From Chiloscyllium plagiosum (lineage: Eukaryota), in assembly GCF_004010195.1 (NCBI RefSeq), contig NC_057718.1:14301742-14365741 (forward strand): DNA of 64,000 nucleotides, read 5' to 3'. Shown one piece after another: positions 1 through 11,038 of this stretch (position 1 is the first letter of the stretch; the number at the start of each line of letters is the position of its first letter). Position numbers and translations under genes: made by a program. The notes under the pieces are model-generated. The model was given only the letters and a program-made list of their open reading frames with translations. It searched no databases and was not told the origin of the DNA.

Positions 1-900
1 AATAAGTAATTCAAAACTGTACAAACTAATTAAGGTAGCGAGATCATAACAATTTATCAAGGTGATGGTATCAAAGCAGGAAAGTAAAGAAGATTTTACA
101 GATACAGAACAGTATGGTGGGGTCACATGTAACACAACATGAACCCAAGATCATGGTTGAGGCCATCTTCATGGGCATGGAACTTGGCTATTAGTTTCTG
201 CTCGGCGATTCTGCATTGTTGTGTATCTTGAAGGACATCTACCCCAAGATTGGAGGCTGAATGTACATGGCTGCTGAAGTGGTCTCTGACTGGGAGGGAA
301 CATTTCTGTCTGGTGATTGTGGTGCAGTGTCCATTCATCTATTGTCTTAGCATCTGAATGGTCTCGCCAATATACTATGCTTTGGAGCATCCTTGCCTGC
401 AGCACATGACATAGACAATATTGGCCAAGTCACATGAGTATCTGCCATGTACGTAGTGGGTGGTGTTCCCACATGTGATAGTAGTATCCATGTCGATGAT
501 CTGACATGTCTTGCATAGGTTGCCGTGGTGGGGTTGTGGTCGATGTTGTCCTGAAGGCTGGGTAGTTTGCTGCGAACAATGGTCTGTTTAAGGTTTGGTG
601 GTTGTTGAAGGTGAGAAGAGGGGGTGTAGTGATGATCTTGGTGAAATGCTTATCGTTATTGATGGCATGTTGAAGGCTGCAAAGAACATGGAGTAGTCTC
701 TCTGATCCAGGGATGTACTGGACAATGACGGGTACTTTGTCGGTCGTATCCTGTGTAGAATTTCTGAGGAGGTCGTTGTGGTTTTTCGCTGTGGCACGTC
801 AGAAATGGTGATCAATGAGTTGAGCATCATATCCCATAATTATGAGAGTGTCCTTCAAAGTCTTTAGGTGTCCATCGCGCTCCTCCTCACCTGAGTAGAT
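1..900 (-). mobile_element. Degraded Penelope-like element (C-terminal GIY-YIG region plus 3' UTR)
   Basis: Minus-strand frames give MNGH..TI...LPV..HFS and EQKLIAKF..HEDGLN.DLGF, the typical C-terminus of Penelope-like GIY-YIG endonucleases. Frameshifted. Confidence 0.8.
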
Positions 901-1118
901 CTATTGGGTTATAGCACTTTGGGAAGTTCTGTGTTTGCCAAAGGTGCTTTATAAATGTATGTCTTTCTTTTCTTGTCTGGTGGGATGTTACAGATAAATC
1001 ACTTTTTTTTCCATTTTTCACAGGATGTGGGCATCACTGGCTACGCCTGCATTTATTGCGCACTGGGGTACGGATAGATCCTCAGTGCTGTTACCTCATG
1101 ACAGTGAATGGACAGCAG

Positions 1119-1660
1119 TGTGAGAATGCTGTCACTTTAAGAAGGTTATTTTGTCCTTGGGTATTTTTTTTAAAGAGAGGTGCCAAAATGTCTGGAAGGA
1201 CCCTAATTTAACAATGGCAGGGGAGTGGCCAGTTCTCCCAGTTCAGATTTTGTTTCTAGTCTGGTTTAGTTGCAGCAGAAGCTGCTACAGTACAAAAAGG
1301 TTCCATGCTTCAGCAGATGATTCTTGACTGGCTGCTCTGTCTGAAATCTCTCCTGCCTGCGAAAACCTGTGTTTGAATTTACCTTTTGCCAAGGGGTGTG
1401 TTAATGGAATGTTACAGGAATTGGAACAGCTCCTTAGTTAAGTTGCAGTGTCGGGGCAGTTGAGGTTTCCAATAGTTAAGTTATTCTAGATTCTGTTTTC
1501 TTTTGTTCGTATTTCAATTGTAGTATTTAAATAAATTCTGTTTTGTTTAAAGTTGAATAGTTTGACCGGCTGCATCACATCTGCCTTCAAAATAAGAAAA
1601 GCTTAGGGCCTAGGTTATCTTCTTAAAATATTTTGAGGGGGTCTGGCCTGGTCCATAACA
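1119..1660 (+). mobile_element. Solo LTR (542 bp), probably Gypsy-type
   Basis: Starts TGTGAG, ends ATAACA; perfect 4-bp TSD GCAG (1115-1118 / 1661-1664); internal AATAAA near 1530. Confidence 0.8.
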
Positions 1661-1902
1661 GCAGTATATTACATGTTACATGTAATATGTTAGATGTTGT
1701 AGTCTGCGACCGTGAATAGAAATGTAGAGGCTCTAACATTCCTTCCGTCACATAGCCAACTAGGAATCTCTCCTATCATTAGCATCTGCCATTAGTGTAT
1801 TGGATGGATTTACGATTGGTACTCACTGTGTGACCACATTATGACTATTTGAACATCAGGTCCTGTGGTTAGAATTTCTGACTCCAAGGCAGAGATGTTA
1901 CC

Positions 1903-1980
1903 AGCTACAGAGGTGGTACAAGGAGCTACAAGGCAGAGGTGCTACAAGGAGCTACAAGGCAGAGGTGCTACAAGAAGCTC
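1903..1980. repeat. Short tandem repeat, ~26-bp unit (ctacaaggagctacaaggcagaggtg) x~3
   Basis: Direct repeats read from the sequence. Confidence 0.8.
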
Positions 1981-2009
1981 CCTTTCTCCATCTAAAACTG
2001 GGTGGGATT

Positions 2010-2631
2010 TGTAGTGATTGTAATGAGATCGGCCAGGTCGACCTCATAGTATGAATTCCCTGATTGGAGCTGTTAGTCAGGTCCATTCAGGGAGCCCGAG
2101 CTGACAGATATAAACAGGAGTGTCCCTTCACTGTTTGATCACACAGCATTGCCCTTTGATGTGAAGGGCACTGCTTGTCACTGGCCACTCGGGTGTTTCC
2201 TTCTTCCTGATGGTGGAAATTTGAATAAAGATTCATGCACTTTTGTGTCTTTCACCGTGTCTCACACCTGCACACACACAACATGGGTGCTGGGGAAAAT
2301 AAGTGTGGGGGTTAAAAAAAAACAGGAGACTAGTGTTAAAAATCCAGGAGTGACAGAGGTTCTGTTCACTCTAAAAGAAAAAAAAAGAAAAAAAGACAAA
2401 AAAAAAGTAAAAAAAATAAAAAAATAAACAGGAGTGACAGAGATTCTGTTCACTCTAAAAGAAAAAAGAAAAAAGATTAAAAAAAAAACAGGAGTTAAAA
2501 AAAATAAACAGGCGTGTTAGAAGTTCCGTTCACTCTGAGAGTTGGCTGTGAGAAAGTGGAACCAGAGTCAAGGATGTTCCATGTGTAAACAAAGGGTGAC
2601 TTGATGACAGTGTATTCTGGGAGCTTTTTCA
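2010..2631 (+). mobile_element. Solo LTR interrupted by an insertion at its TATA region
   Basis: TG...CA termini with perfect 5-bp TSD GGATT (2005-2009 / 2632-2636). TATAAA near 2109. The LTR sequence resumes at 2505. Confidence 0.8.
2125..2504 (+). mobile_element. 3' end of a non-LTR retroelement (possibly L1/Tx1-like) with A-rich tails and repeated copies of its target site
   Basis: Stem-loop TGCCCTTT-GATGT-GAAGGGCA, AATAAA near 2224, several A-rich tails, approximate TSD taaacaggagtgtc (2111-2124) / taaacaggcgtgtt (2505-2518). Clade assignment is inference. Confidence 0.6.
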
Positions 2632-3454
2632 GGATTCAAGTTGGCAAACAGCGTTTGGATAACAGAAGAAAATATCCTGATCAAAATGCTCTTGCCTTGA
2701 GGTTAACTTGAAGTCACTCTTCTCATCTCACTGTGTCCCACTCGCATTGGTAAATTTCAGTTTCAGCAACGGTGTAATTTCTCAAGGGATCAGTGGGAGT
2801 GCCTTGATAAGGAGGTGGAGAAAAGAGAGAGAGGTCCACGTGAATCTGACAGCAATGGGACACAGCATGGTCGGGGGATGGGGTGGTGGGAGGTGCAGTG
2901 CAATGATAGGGTAACACCCCCTTCTGAAGGAATCAATAAAGGAACAATCTGTAGTTAAAGCCCAGGGAGAGAGCAAAGAAAGTAAACGACTGAGAGTGAT
3001 TGTTCTTTCCATTGTCTGGGGGAAAAGGCTGTGAATAATGTTCTTTATAATTAGGTAGCGTTTCTTGTAAGATCAGCACACGTTGACTTTGATGAGTGTA
3101 CTGCCTTCAGATAGTTAGTATGTGCACAGGTGAACAAAGATGTTCCCCTCACAGCCAAACTCTCTCGCTCCTGCTTTTGAGAGGCTTCTTTATAATTTAG
3201 TCATGTGTTGTGCACTGACTGCTCATTCTCCAGCCCACACTCATCTCCCCCAACCAACACAATCTTCAGTGTTCAGCCTTCAACTACAAGGCTCTGGGAT
3301 TTGTACAAATCAAGTTGAGTTCCAGCCTCAATTCTGGCTGTGTTCCCCCTGTACTAGTTGGGTGCAGAAGCTGGAAATTTCCAGTTTGAAGTGGGAGGAC
3401 GAGACGTAAAACTCTCAGCCCGAGGGTGGACAAGTTTCCTGGTGCAGTGAATGG

Positions 3455-4070
3455 ACTCCCATTTTAAGAGGGCGAGAATACCTCAGCAGGAGATGTTCTG
3501 ATGAGGCTGTGTCTGGTCAGACCACATTCAGAATATTGTGAGCAGTTTGGGCCCTGTATCTAAGGACGGATGTGATGACGTTGGAGGGGGTCCAGAGGAA
3601 ATGTACAAGACAATCCCAGAGATGAAGGACTTGCCTTATGAGGAGTGGTCAAGGACTCTCGGTCTGTGCTTGATGGAGTTTTGAAAGATGACGGGGATCT
3701 GATTGAAACTTACAGAAAATTGGTTAGAGTGGACGTGAAGATGATGTTTCCATTATAGGAGAGACTAGGACCCAAGGGCATAGTCTCAGAGTGAAGGGAG
3801 ACCCTTTAACACTGAGATGATGAGATATTTCTTCAGCTAGAGGGTGGTTAATCTGTGGAATTCCTTGCCATAGAGGAATTGTTGAATACAAGTCATCCAG
3901 TGTCTTTAAGATGGAGGTAGATAGGTTCTTGATTGGTAAGGAGGTTAAAGGTTAAGGGGAGAAGGAAGGAGAATTGGATTGAGAAACATATCAGCCATGA
4001 ACAAGTGGCAGAGCAGGAGCTAATCGAGGGGTTGAATAGCCTGATTCCATTCCTGTATTTTATGGTCCTG
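3455..4070 (+). mobile_element. CR1/HER1-type LINE 3' fragment, degraded
   Basis: Residual LVRPH.EYC, GDLIE, FFS.RVVNLWNSL motifs followed by a 3' UTR. Confidence 0.85.
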
Positions 4071-4104
4071 GTCAGTCATGCTTAACTCTTAGTCAATGGA
4101 TGTG

Positions 4105-4272
4105 GAGCTGCAAGAGCACAGAGGTCAGATAGCATCCGAGGAGCAGGACAGTTGATGTTTCAGCCTGAGATGTTGACTTTACTGCTTCTCAGATTCTGTC
4201 TGATCTGCCGTGCTGTCCCAGCTCCACTTCTATTGACTATGACTTCCAGTATCTGCAGTCCTTACTATCTCC
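4105..4272. mobile_element. Family A inverted-pair mini-element, old, ribozyme core deleted
   Basis: ggagctg..agcacagaggtcagatagcatccgaggagcagg followed by its diverged reverse complement. Confidence 0.65.
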
Positions 4273-4279
4273 GTACTTA

Positions 4280-5125
4280 CATAGTGAGTCCTTCAGCCCA
4301 GCGTGTCCATGCCAATCATCTATTCCCGTACAATATTCCAGCACTTGGTCCATAGACTTGGATGATCATATCAAGTGCTCATCTGAATATTTCTTAAATG
4401 TTATGAGGGTTCTCTCCTCTATAGACCTTTCAGGCAGTGAGTTCCAGATAAACCCCATCCTCTGGCTCAAAACAACTCCTAAATCCTCTCTAAATTTTCT
4501 TCTCCTTCGCCTAAATATTTGATCCATGGTTACTGCCCCTCTACCAAGGGAGAAATATTTATTCCTAGCGATCGTATTTCTGCACCTCGTCATCTTGTAC
4601 ACCTCAACATGCTTGAAGGAAGATGACCCCAGCCTATCTAGTCTCTCTTCACAGCTGAATTGATCCAGCCCAAGCACCATCCTAGTGAATCTCCTCTGCA
4701 CTCTCTTGAGTGTAATCACATGCTTCCTATAGTGTGATGACCAGAACTACACAGAGTATTCCAACAGGGGCCTAACTAGCACTATATCCATCTCCATCAG
4801 AACCTCCTTGCATTCAACGTCTTGACTAATAAAGACCTCTTCATCTGTCTTCTTCACTTTGTCTAGCTGTCCTGCTGTCTTCGAGGGTCAGTGGATGTGC
4901 ACACCAAGGTTCCTCTTATCCTCTGTACATCCTAAGATCATATCATTCAGCGTTTAGGCCCTTGTCTTATCAGTCATCCCAAAATACATCACTTGGCAAC
5001 ACTTCTTATGATTAAACTCTATTTGCCACTCTTCAGCCCATCTATATCTTCCTGTATTCCAAAGGCTTTCTCCTTGCTATTAACCATGCCACCAATTTTG
5101 GTGTCATTTCCAAACTTACCGATCA
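4280..5125 (-). mobile_element. CR1/HER1-type LINE fragment
   Basis: ORF 4366..4719 contains LKRVQRRFTRMV..ERLDRLG..WNSLP. Confidence 0.85.
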
Positions 5126-5189
5126 TATCTATGTGCAGAGATAAAAATCACACAACGCCAGGTTATAGTCCAACAGATTTATGTGGAAG

Positions 5190-5224
5190 TACGAGCTTTC
5201 GGAGCGCTGCTCCTTCATCAGGTG
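5190..5224 (-). ncRNA. Minimal hammerhead ribozyme motif (family B, opposite strand)
   Basis: Reverse complement reads CAC-CTGATGA-A-GGAGC(AGC)GCTCC-GAAA-GCTC-GTA. Confidence 0.75.
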
Positions 5225-5242
5225 GTGGTTCATCAGGAAAAC

Positions 5243-5277
5243 CACCTGATGAAGGAGCGTCGCTCCGAAAGCTCGTG
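5243..5277 (+). ncRNA. Minimal type I hammerhead ribozyme motif (family B)
   Basis: CAC-CTGATGA-A-GGAGC(GTC)GCTCC-GAAA-GCTC-GTG: stem I CAC/GTG, 5-bp stem II, palindromic AGCT stem III, predicted cleavage after C5274. Confidence 0.8.
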
Positions 5278-5375
5278 TGCTTCCAATTAAACCTGTTGGA
5301 CTATAACCTGGTGTTGTGTGATTTTTAACTTTGCCCACCCCAGTCCAACACCGTTGTCTCCAACTCATATATTCA

Positions 5376-5820
5376 TTGAGTCACAGAGATGTACAGCACA
5401 GAAACAGACCCTTCGGTCCAACTCGTCCATGCCAACCAGATATCCCAACCCAATCTAATTCCACTTGCCAGCACCCGGCCCATATCCCTCCAAACCCTTC
5501 CTATTCATATACCAATCCAGATGCCTTTTCAATGTTGCAATTGTACCAGCCTCCGCCACACCCTCTGGCAGCTCATTCCATACACGTGTGAAAAAGTTGC
5601 CCCTTAGGTCCCGTTTATATCTTTCCCTTCTCACCCTAAACCTATGTCCTGTAGTTCTGGACTCCCCCACGTCGAGATCATTCATGTACACAACAAACAG
5701 CAAGGGACCCAGTCCCAACGCCTGTGCGGTGTCACTGGACACAAGCTTCCTGTCACTAAAACACCATTGGGACCATTCCCCTCTGCCTCGAAGCCAGTTT
5801 TGGATGGAATTTGCCTTGGT
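5376..5820 (-). mobile_element. HER1/CR1 LINE 3' end plus RT fragment
   Basis: ORF 5455..5742: LGPLLFVVYMNDLD joined to GHRFRVR..DLRGNFFTRVWNELP. Confidence 0.85.
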
Positions 5821-5962
5821 TTGACTGGAGTGTCAGGCTAGTGTGAGTTTTGGAAAGAGATGTAGGAGTGTGCTTTATTTATCTCCCAGGCCTGCTAACT
5901 CGGGGGTGGGGGCCTGAATTGTGCCAGAGCTTTGGTTTGGTGGGCAGTGCTGAACCAAATCC

Positions 5963-6093
5963 AGGAGAAAGTGAGGACTGCAGATGCTGGAGATCAGAGC
6001 TGAAAATGTGGTGCTGGAAAAGCGCAGCAGGTCAAGGCAGCATCCAAGGAGCTGGAGAATCGACGTTTCGGGCATGAGCCCTTCTTCAGGAAT
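5963..6093 (-). mobile_element. Family A solo mini-element with intact hammerhead motif
   Basis: Minus strand reads ATTC-CTGAAGA-A-GGGC(TCAT)GCCC-GAAA-CGTC-GATT. Diverged TSD ctgaaccaaatcca / ctgacctgaatcca. Confidence 0.8.
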
Positions 6094-6299
6094 TCTGACC
6101 TGAATCCACCCCTTTATTTGACTGTGCCTGGCACTGCCCGATGAGGCGTCTGAAAGATAATGCAGAGAGGACTTATTTGGACGGATAGCCAGCCACAGAC
6201 TGAATCGCAACTTGGTTGGTGGGAGAAGAGAAAGCAAAAAAATACATTTTTTTAAAAATGCAACTTTGCCCAATTTGCATGTGAGTTTTTATTGACAGC

Positions 6300-7320
6300 T
6301 GATTCCATCTGGGACACGAGTCACTTAAAGTGGCAAGCTCTGAAAATTGCTGCTGTCAAACTCGAACAAACCAGCAGCAATTAACTGTAGCAATTAAAGG
6401 TAAGCATTGACTCTGGTAATTAAGCGGTGTGCATGTCCGATTCAGTGCTGGCGAAAAGTGATTTGCGATAGTGAAACGCATCAAAAGGACACATTTTAAC
6501 CCATTCTCAAACCAATCACTTCCACCTCGTTGAGATCGGGACCAGAGAGAGAGAGAGAGAGAGAGTGTGTAAAAGTGGCTGAATTTGTTGAGATGTGTGT
6601 GTGATGAATCTTTCCTGGGTGTGGGCTGGAGGGAGGGGGGAAGAAGGGACGGTTCAAATGCAAAGGGTGTTTGGATGGAGCGCCTGTATGTGGGATTGCT
6701 GACTGATCCCAATGCAGTGTTGTTAGGGGGCTCTCTGGCATGAAGATGGGCAAGTGAGCCTGAATGTTCCCCGCTTGGATGAAGAGGAAGGCTTTTTGTT
6801 TTTGAGAGGGCGAGCAGAAAGAGTCCCTTCTGGCTGCAGAGGGAGAGCCAGGAGCACCCAAGGTGCCTGAGCTCCCCACAGCGAGTGCCCCGCTTGGATG
6901 GGGATGTCCCGAGCACTTGCAGACCCCTGGGAGGGGAGCTCCTACAGTAGGGCACGGAGCCTGTGCCAACTGCAGCCACACGGTGCCAGAACAGCCCCTG
7001 GCACTCACAGCTCCAGGTGGGCTCTGGACAACGCAATGCCAGTGTCTCAGTATGGGAGAGCGGCTGTGGTCATCGGTGTGGAGCTGGGGAACTGAAGACC
7101 CACTGGGAAGTGGAGAGGACCCAGAGATAGAGAGAGAACCTCATTTGCAGAGAGAGCAGTATGGATTTTTAACTTAACAGCCGAAGGATTTTCTACTCCC
7201 AGCCTCGGAGTCTGTCAGTGATTGCAAGATACAAGTGATGGGAGAGTCAGGACGCCGAGAGTGACCCTGAGCTGCTAATCTGCTCTTGTGTGTGTGTGTG
7301 TGTGTCGCCTTAATCCAACC
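6300..7320 (+). promoter_or_regulatory. Candidate internal promoter and 5' UTR of a short KIF26B isoform
   Basis: Free of recognisable interspersed repeats, locally GC/CpG-richer, CCAAT at 6512-6516, (GA)n/(GT)n tracts, directly upstream of the 7321 ATG/donor. TSS cannot be placed from sequence alone. Confidence 0.55.
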
Positions 7321-7337
7321 ATGGAGTGCTCCGAGGT
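7321..7337 (+). CDS. KIF26B: Putative alternative first coding exon of KIF26B (MECSEV, spliced to 19562)
   Basis: ccaaccATGG strong Kozak context. 17 coding nt followed by GTAAGT (7338-7343) gives phase 2, matching the 19562 acceptor. In-frame TAA at 7276-7278 and no AG acceptor between it and the ATG. Confidence 0.68.
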
Positions 7338-7379
7338 GTAAGTCAGTGCCTTTTATTTAATTGTATCTTCATTTAACTG

Positions 7380-7572
7380 TCTCTCTGTGTGACTCTTTCT
7401 GCGTGTGTATGTGTGTGTGTCTTTCTGTGTGTATGTGTGTGTGTCTTTCTGTGTGTCTCTTTCTGTGTGTATGTGTCTCTGTGTCTCTCTGCGTGTCTGT
7501 GTGTGTGACTGTGTGTCTCTGCGTGTGTCTCTGTGTGTGTGTGACTCAGTGTGTGTGTGTGTGTGTGTGTGT
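7380..7572. repeat. Compound (GT)n/(CT)n microsatellite
   Basis: Seen directly, just downstream of the candidate first exon. Confidence 0.95.
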
Positions 7573-8571
7573 CCAGGGGTATGGGCACAGAGTGGAGACT
7601 AATATTAGACTCGTGCAGTAGTTTTGTGACGGACCGTTCTGTTTAATGTGCCTTCCACTGTACCATCCCACAACTGGAAGGTGAGGCGATCATGTCAGAC
7701 CTTAGAGTTCAGCTTCCCGTCTGGTTAATAGCGAGTGTGTGTGTGTTTGTTTTTGTCATTATTCCCCTCGTGTTCACTTGTGACTTGCAGTAAATGAACA
7801 AAAACCGAGAGAACTTACTGCTGTGTTTTATCGCTGCCCCCTACCCCTCTCCTCTGGCGTTACTTCGGAACTTTTTAAATTGTTAGACAGCCTTTTCCCC
7901 AATCCTGTGCTTGGGTTGTGCGCCGGGGCAAACTGCATACCCCGAGTGCCTGGGCGAGCTGGGGTGAAAGTCAGGAGGCGGAGAGGAATCCTCCCCTTCC
8001 CCCCCCCCCCCATTACAGAATGTCGATGTGCTTAAGGATTTCCGTCCTGGGAAAGGGGGTGAACTATAGTCAGCTAAGGGAGAGAGCTGCTGCAGTTCAG
8101 CAGGGAGCTGGCACTGAGGCTGAGAGCTCAGGCACCAAGAGAGCTGCGTCTCTGACTCCTTTTAAAAAAAATTAAATAATTCATTAAAATGAAGATGCAT
8201 CTCTGAGCCAAGCCTAGCCGGATTGGGAATGATCACCTCATTAATTGATCACTGCTCAGTCACATTAGAGAGTCATTTAATGGCTTTTCAGGGAAAAAAA
8301 CACACACACACACAACGGCACGTCTGTAATCGATGCGTTGCTCAGTTAGTTGATCAGGATAATGTAATGACCCTTTTTCGGGGGAGGATGAGAGGTGACT
8401 GAAGGGGGGGGGGAAGGTGGATAGGGCTGAGATCTTGGAGATGAGTGGGCAGAGGGTGGAGGGATGGGCATTAGGAAGGGGTGGGATTTGGGAGTGTGGT
8501 GGATTTGGGGCTAACTAGTGTAAGTAAAACTAACTAGGAGTTGGGAGGGGGTGAACTGGGGCAGATGAGGA

Positions 8572-8950
8572 GACTGAGTGGGGGATCTTATAGAAGTGTA
8601 TAAGAATGAGAGACATAGAGAGGGTGAATGTACTCAGTCCTTTTCCCAGGGTTTGGGAATCAAGGATCAAAGGGCATCAGTTGAAGGTTAGAGGGGAAAG
8701 GATAAATGGGAACCTTAGGGGGCAACTATTTTACACAGAGGATGGTACGCATATGGAATGAGCTGCCAGCGGAAGTGGTTGAGTGGGTATTTTAAGAATA
8801 CTTTAAAAGGCATCTGGACAAACATATGGATAGGAAAGGTTTAGAAGGATATGGACCAAGTGCAGGGAAATGGGGTTAGCACAGATGGATGTTTTGGTCA
8901 GTTTGGGTGGAAGGGCTTGTCTCTGTGTTGGAGGACCATATGGCTCTATG
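8572..8950 (+). mobile_element. HER1/CR1 LINE 3' fragment
   Basis: GDLIEVYK...GHQLKVRG...WNELP coding remnants plus 3' UTR. Confidence 0.85.
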
Positions 8951-9847
8951 TGAAGGTTTCAGAAGAGATAGAATGGGGAAAGAGATGGAGCAGAAAAGTG
9001 GGGGGTGTGGTGGGGGGGGGGGGGAGGGGCAGAAGGCTAGGGAGGGATGATCAAACAGAGATGGTGCCTCGAGGGGAAGGGGCTGTCTTATTTTTCCCTT
9101 GCTGTGGTCAATGTGTTAACAGTTCCCTGTGCATTCCTTTAGACACAAAGGCAGGCTTCCTGCACATGCTCAATGATGTCCTGCATTGCACTACTCTTGA
9201 GCCCCACACAGATAGATAAAAAAGGAAATGGGACTTATCCATTTGCAATTACGTAGAAACTTCAGAATCTCTAGACCACACCCCTCTTCCCCCCCCCCCC
9301 CCCTCCCCCAGACCCCTCTTCCCCCCCTCCCCCAGCAGTACTGCCAATGAAGTCCTATTGTAGCCACAGTTGGAATGTAACAGCCAATTTACACACAGAA
9401 CAATTAATATATAGCTGTGGGATCTTCCACATTCACTTGAGAGGGTAGACTGGTCCTCTGTCATATCTGAAAGACCCAGAGCACCAGCTGCCCTGATAGA
9501 ACCTGCCTAGCTCATTCCAAGATTCAGCATAAAACACAGCGTCTTCTTTGTCTACACTGCACCCCCCCCCCAACTTTTCTCCCACTGTGTTTGTTGTGAT
9601 TCTGTGAGTTTTTCTTAAAACGAATTCTGATTCTGTCATGCTGTCTTCATTAACTGGCACCGAGCTGTGTAGGGGGTGAGATGTTTCCAAGGCAATGGCT
9701 CACCCCCACCACTTGCCTCTGTCCCTGTTGCTGAAGCCTGGGTCCTCTGCTCATTACTGAGGACACGTTTATCTGACAAACCAAACGGGATTAGTGCACT
9801 GTGCTGGTGTCTCCTAACTTAAAGGGACCACCATGAAGTGTAATGGA

Positions 9848-10540
9848 GTCATAGAGTCAAACAGGATAGACACTTCGGTCCAACCAGTCCATGCTGAACA
9901 TAATCCCAAACTAAATGAGTCCCAACTGCCTGTGTTTGGCCCTCCAAATATTTCTTATTCATGAATTTATCCAAATGTCATTTAAATGTTGTAACTGTAC
10001 CTGCATCCACCACTTCCTCTGGAAGTTCATTCTGTGCAAACAGTTGGCCCCTCATGTCTTTTTTGAATCTTTCTCCTCTCACCTTTAAAACTATGTCCCT
10101 GGTCTTAAAATCCTCCACCTTAGGGAAAAGACACCTGCCATTCAATTTATCTATACCCCTCGTGATTTTATAAACCTCTATAAGGTCACCTCTCAACCTC
10201 CTACACTCCATGGGGAAAAGTCCCAGCATATTCATTGCTCCTTATAATGTAAACCTTCCATTCCCAGCAACATTGTGCTCAATCTCTTCTGAATCCTCTC
10301 CAGTTTAATAATATCTTTCCTATAACTGGGCAACCAGGACTGGACACAGTACTCAAGAAGGGACCCCACCAATGCCCTGTCCACCCTCAATATGAGGTCC
10401 CAACTCCAATACTCAGGTCTGATAAACGAAGGCAAATGTGCTAAATGCTTCCTAACCAACTTGTCTATCTATAGGTCTTTCTGTTTGACAGTATTACCCA
10501 AGGCCTTACTTTTAATTGTATAACTCCTGTCCTTGTGCAT
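9848..10540 (-). mobile_element. HER1/CR1 LINE 3' fragment
   Basis: ORFs 9978..10235 (RRLRGDLIEVYKI) and 10232..10459 (LEYCVQSW). Confidence 0.9.
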
Positions 10541-10611
10541 CTTACCAATACGTCATTTGATAAAATAGACTGGAGGAAACTGTTTCCATTGGCAGGGTGG
10601 CCAGTGGCAGT

Positions 10612-10965
10612 GGCACCATAGTGGCAGTGACAATGAGCTTGTAATCCACAGGCCCAGACTGATGCTCTGAGCCTGAGGTTTCAACGTCCCACCTTGGTGG
10701 CTGATGGTATTTAAAATTCAATTCATAAAATATGGAATTGAAAGCTAGCCTCAGTAAATGGTGGCGATAAAATGTTTGTCCATCGTCAGTAAAATCCATC
10801 TGGTTCATTAATGCCCTTCATTCAGGGAAGGGAATCTACCATCCTGGCCTGGCCTGCACACACCTTCAGACCCACAGCTCTCAGAAATGCCTGAGCAAGC
10901 CCCTCACTTTAGGGCTGGGGCACAAATGCTGGCCTTCTCCTTGGTTCCAGGAAAGAACTAAAAAA
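10612..10965 (+). mobile_element. tRNA-derived SINE, second family (related copies at ~14440-14645 -, 16390-16730 -, 18480-18790 +, 21095-21385 -, 31250-31530 +, 35110-35425 -, 51700-52030 -, 58320-58660 +, 60560-60850 -)
   Basis: B-box-like ggttcaaatcc head and shared body (aaatctggaatt...ccatctggttcac...cttacctggtctggcctaca...) seen many times in the window. Confidence 0.75.
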
Positions 10966-11038
10966 AAAGGGCTTGGATTTAAGACAATTAGAGACTGGCA
11001 GAGGAAGTTGGACGACTTGAGTAGGTCTTATCAAGAGC

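Larger units (their letters stand above)
5132..5368. mobile_element. Family B asymmetric inverted mini-element with two hammerhead motifs
   Basis: ~95-bp arms in inverted orientation around ggttcatcaggaaa; right arm longer. Same family as 58702-59315. Confidence 0.85.

Noticed and set aside
6356..7036. 226-aa and 170-aa minus-strand ORFs over the promoter island
   Set aside because: No recognisable domain; they run through (GA)n repeats; likely chance ORFs in GC-rich sequence.
7336..7341. Alternative donor GAG|GTGTAA
   Set aside because: Poor +3 to +6 match, and phase 0 would frameshift on the 19562 exon.
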